Source: Tetramitus jugosus
Taxonomy: Eukaryota > Protista > Heterolobosea
Assembly: GCA_937625935.1 (NCBI GenBank)
Contig: OW569364.1
Location: 372,001-436,000 of the forward strand
Direction: 5' to 3'
DNA: 64,000 bases
Shown: positions 63,726-64,000 of the stretch, piece by piece
How positions within the stretch are numbered: the first letter of the stretch is position 1
Layout of the letters: each line of letters starts with the position of its first letter
Notes under the pieces: generated by a model
Told to the model about the DNA's origin: nothing
The model's input: the letters and a program-made list of their open reading frames with translations, nothing else
Database searches by the model: none
Translations under genes and position numbers: made by a program

Positions 63726-64000
63726 CTAGATGCGCGGCATCATGGGGTCAAAGTCCGTGGGTGAACGACATTCTTCAAAGGCAATGATGGGTTGAGCCTT
63801 TGGCGTGTTGACTTTGAATGGCTCATCTCGAAGGAGCATTTGCAGGTGTGGTTGGGCATAGTTGTTGGCAAATATATCTTCGTTCTTCATCATGAGGTAC
63901 TTGAGTTTCCTTCGCGCTGCCCACTTGATGAATAGGAAAAGACAAACCAATAGAATGGTAACAGTCAGTGTGAATCCCACAAACGTGCTGGAGAGAATCG
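63726..64000 (-). CDS. 3' end of a membrane-protein gene entering from the right edge
   Basis: Frame open to the window edge (ILSSTFVGFTLTVTILLVCLFLFIKWAARRK): TM helix followed by a basic stop-transfer and a short tail. Confidence 0.6.
   Translation of the reverse strand, partial: ILSSTFVGFTLTVTILLVCLFLFIKWAARRKLKYLMMKNEDIFANNYAQPHLQMLLRDEPFKVNTPKAQPIIAFEECRSPTDFDPMMPRI

Noticed and set aside
1-64000. CRISPR arrays, rRNA, intact transposons, selenoprotein/SECIS, alternative genetic code
   Set aside because: None seen. Repeats are simple CAA/GT/LRR types, conserved genes have no in-frame stops, and all three stop codons terminate genes.

Overview
Gene-dense (~30 genes in 64 kb), AT-rich eukaryotic nuclear DNA from a protist. 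Standard genetic code, A/C-rich 5' leaders, many CAA-encoded poly-Q/N/T tracts and a few short GT-AG introns (mostly GTATGT/GTAAGT donors). Gene content (F-box/LRR expansions, receptor-type cyclase, PBX-like TALE homeobox, RST-type TAF4, KIF27-like kinesin, BRK1/WAVE) suggests a heterolobosean (Naegleria-like amoeboflagellate); this is inference. Core genes: two ABCB half-transporters, ASPDH, Sua5, a DH-PH RhoGEF, kinesin-4, MTR4, an MST3-like kinase, BRK1 (absent from the ORF track), a METTL21-family methyltransferase, UTP21, an aftiphilin-like protein, DnaJA, TAF4, a copine-like protein, a SAPS protein and a secreted alpha/beta-hydrolase. Two tRNA genes: Val-UAC and an atypical Gln-UUG. Best leads: (1) a secreted orphan with a two-hairpin pore-forming-toxin-like layout; (2) a diversifying tandem F-box+SPRY-like array with a 124-bp gene-conversion tract, a frameshift-derived C-terminus and an interleaved secreted LRR gene; (3) introns with distant branch points and A-rich, AG-free 3' ends; (4) a tRNA-Gln with a U1-A72/Glu-like body; (5) a bacterial-type small Zn-binding protein; (6) a cryptic alpha-crystallin-domain protein. 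No CRISPR, rRNA or intact transposon seen. All family calls come from motif recognition, not database searches.
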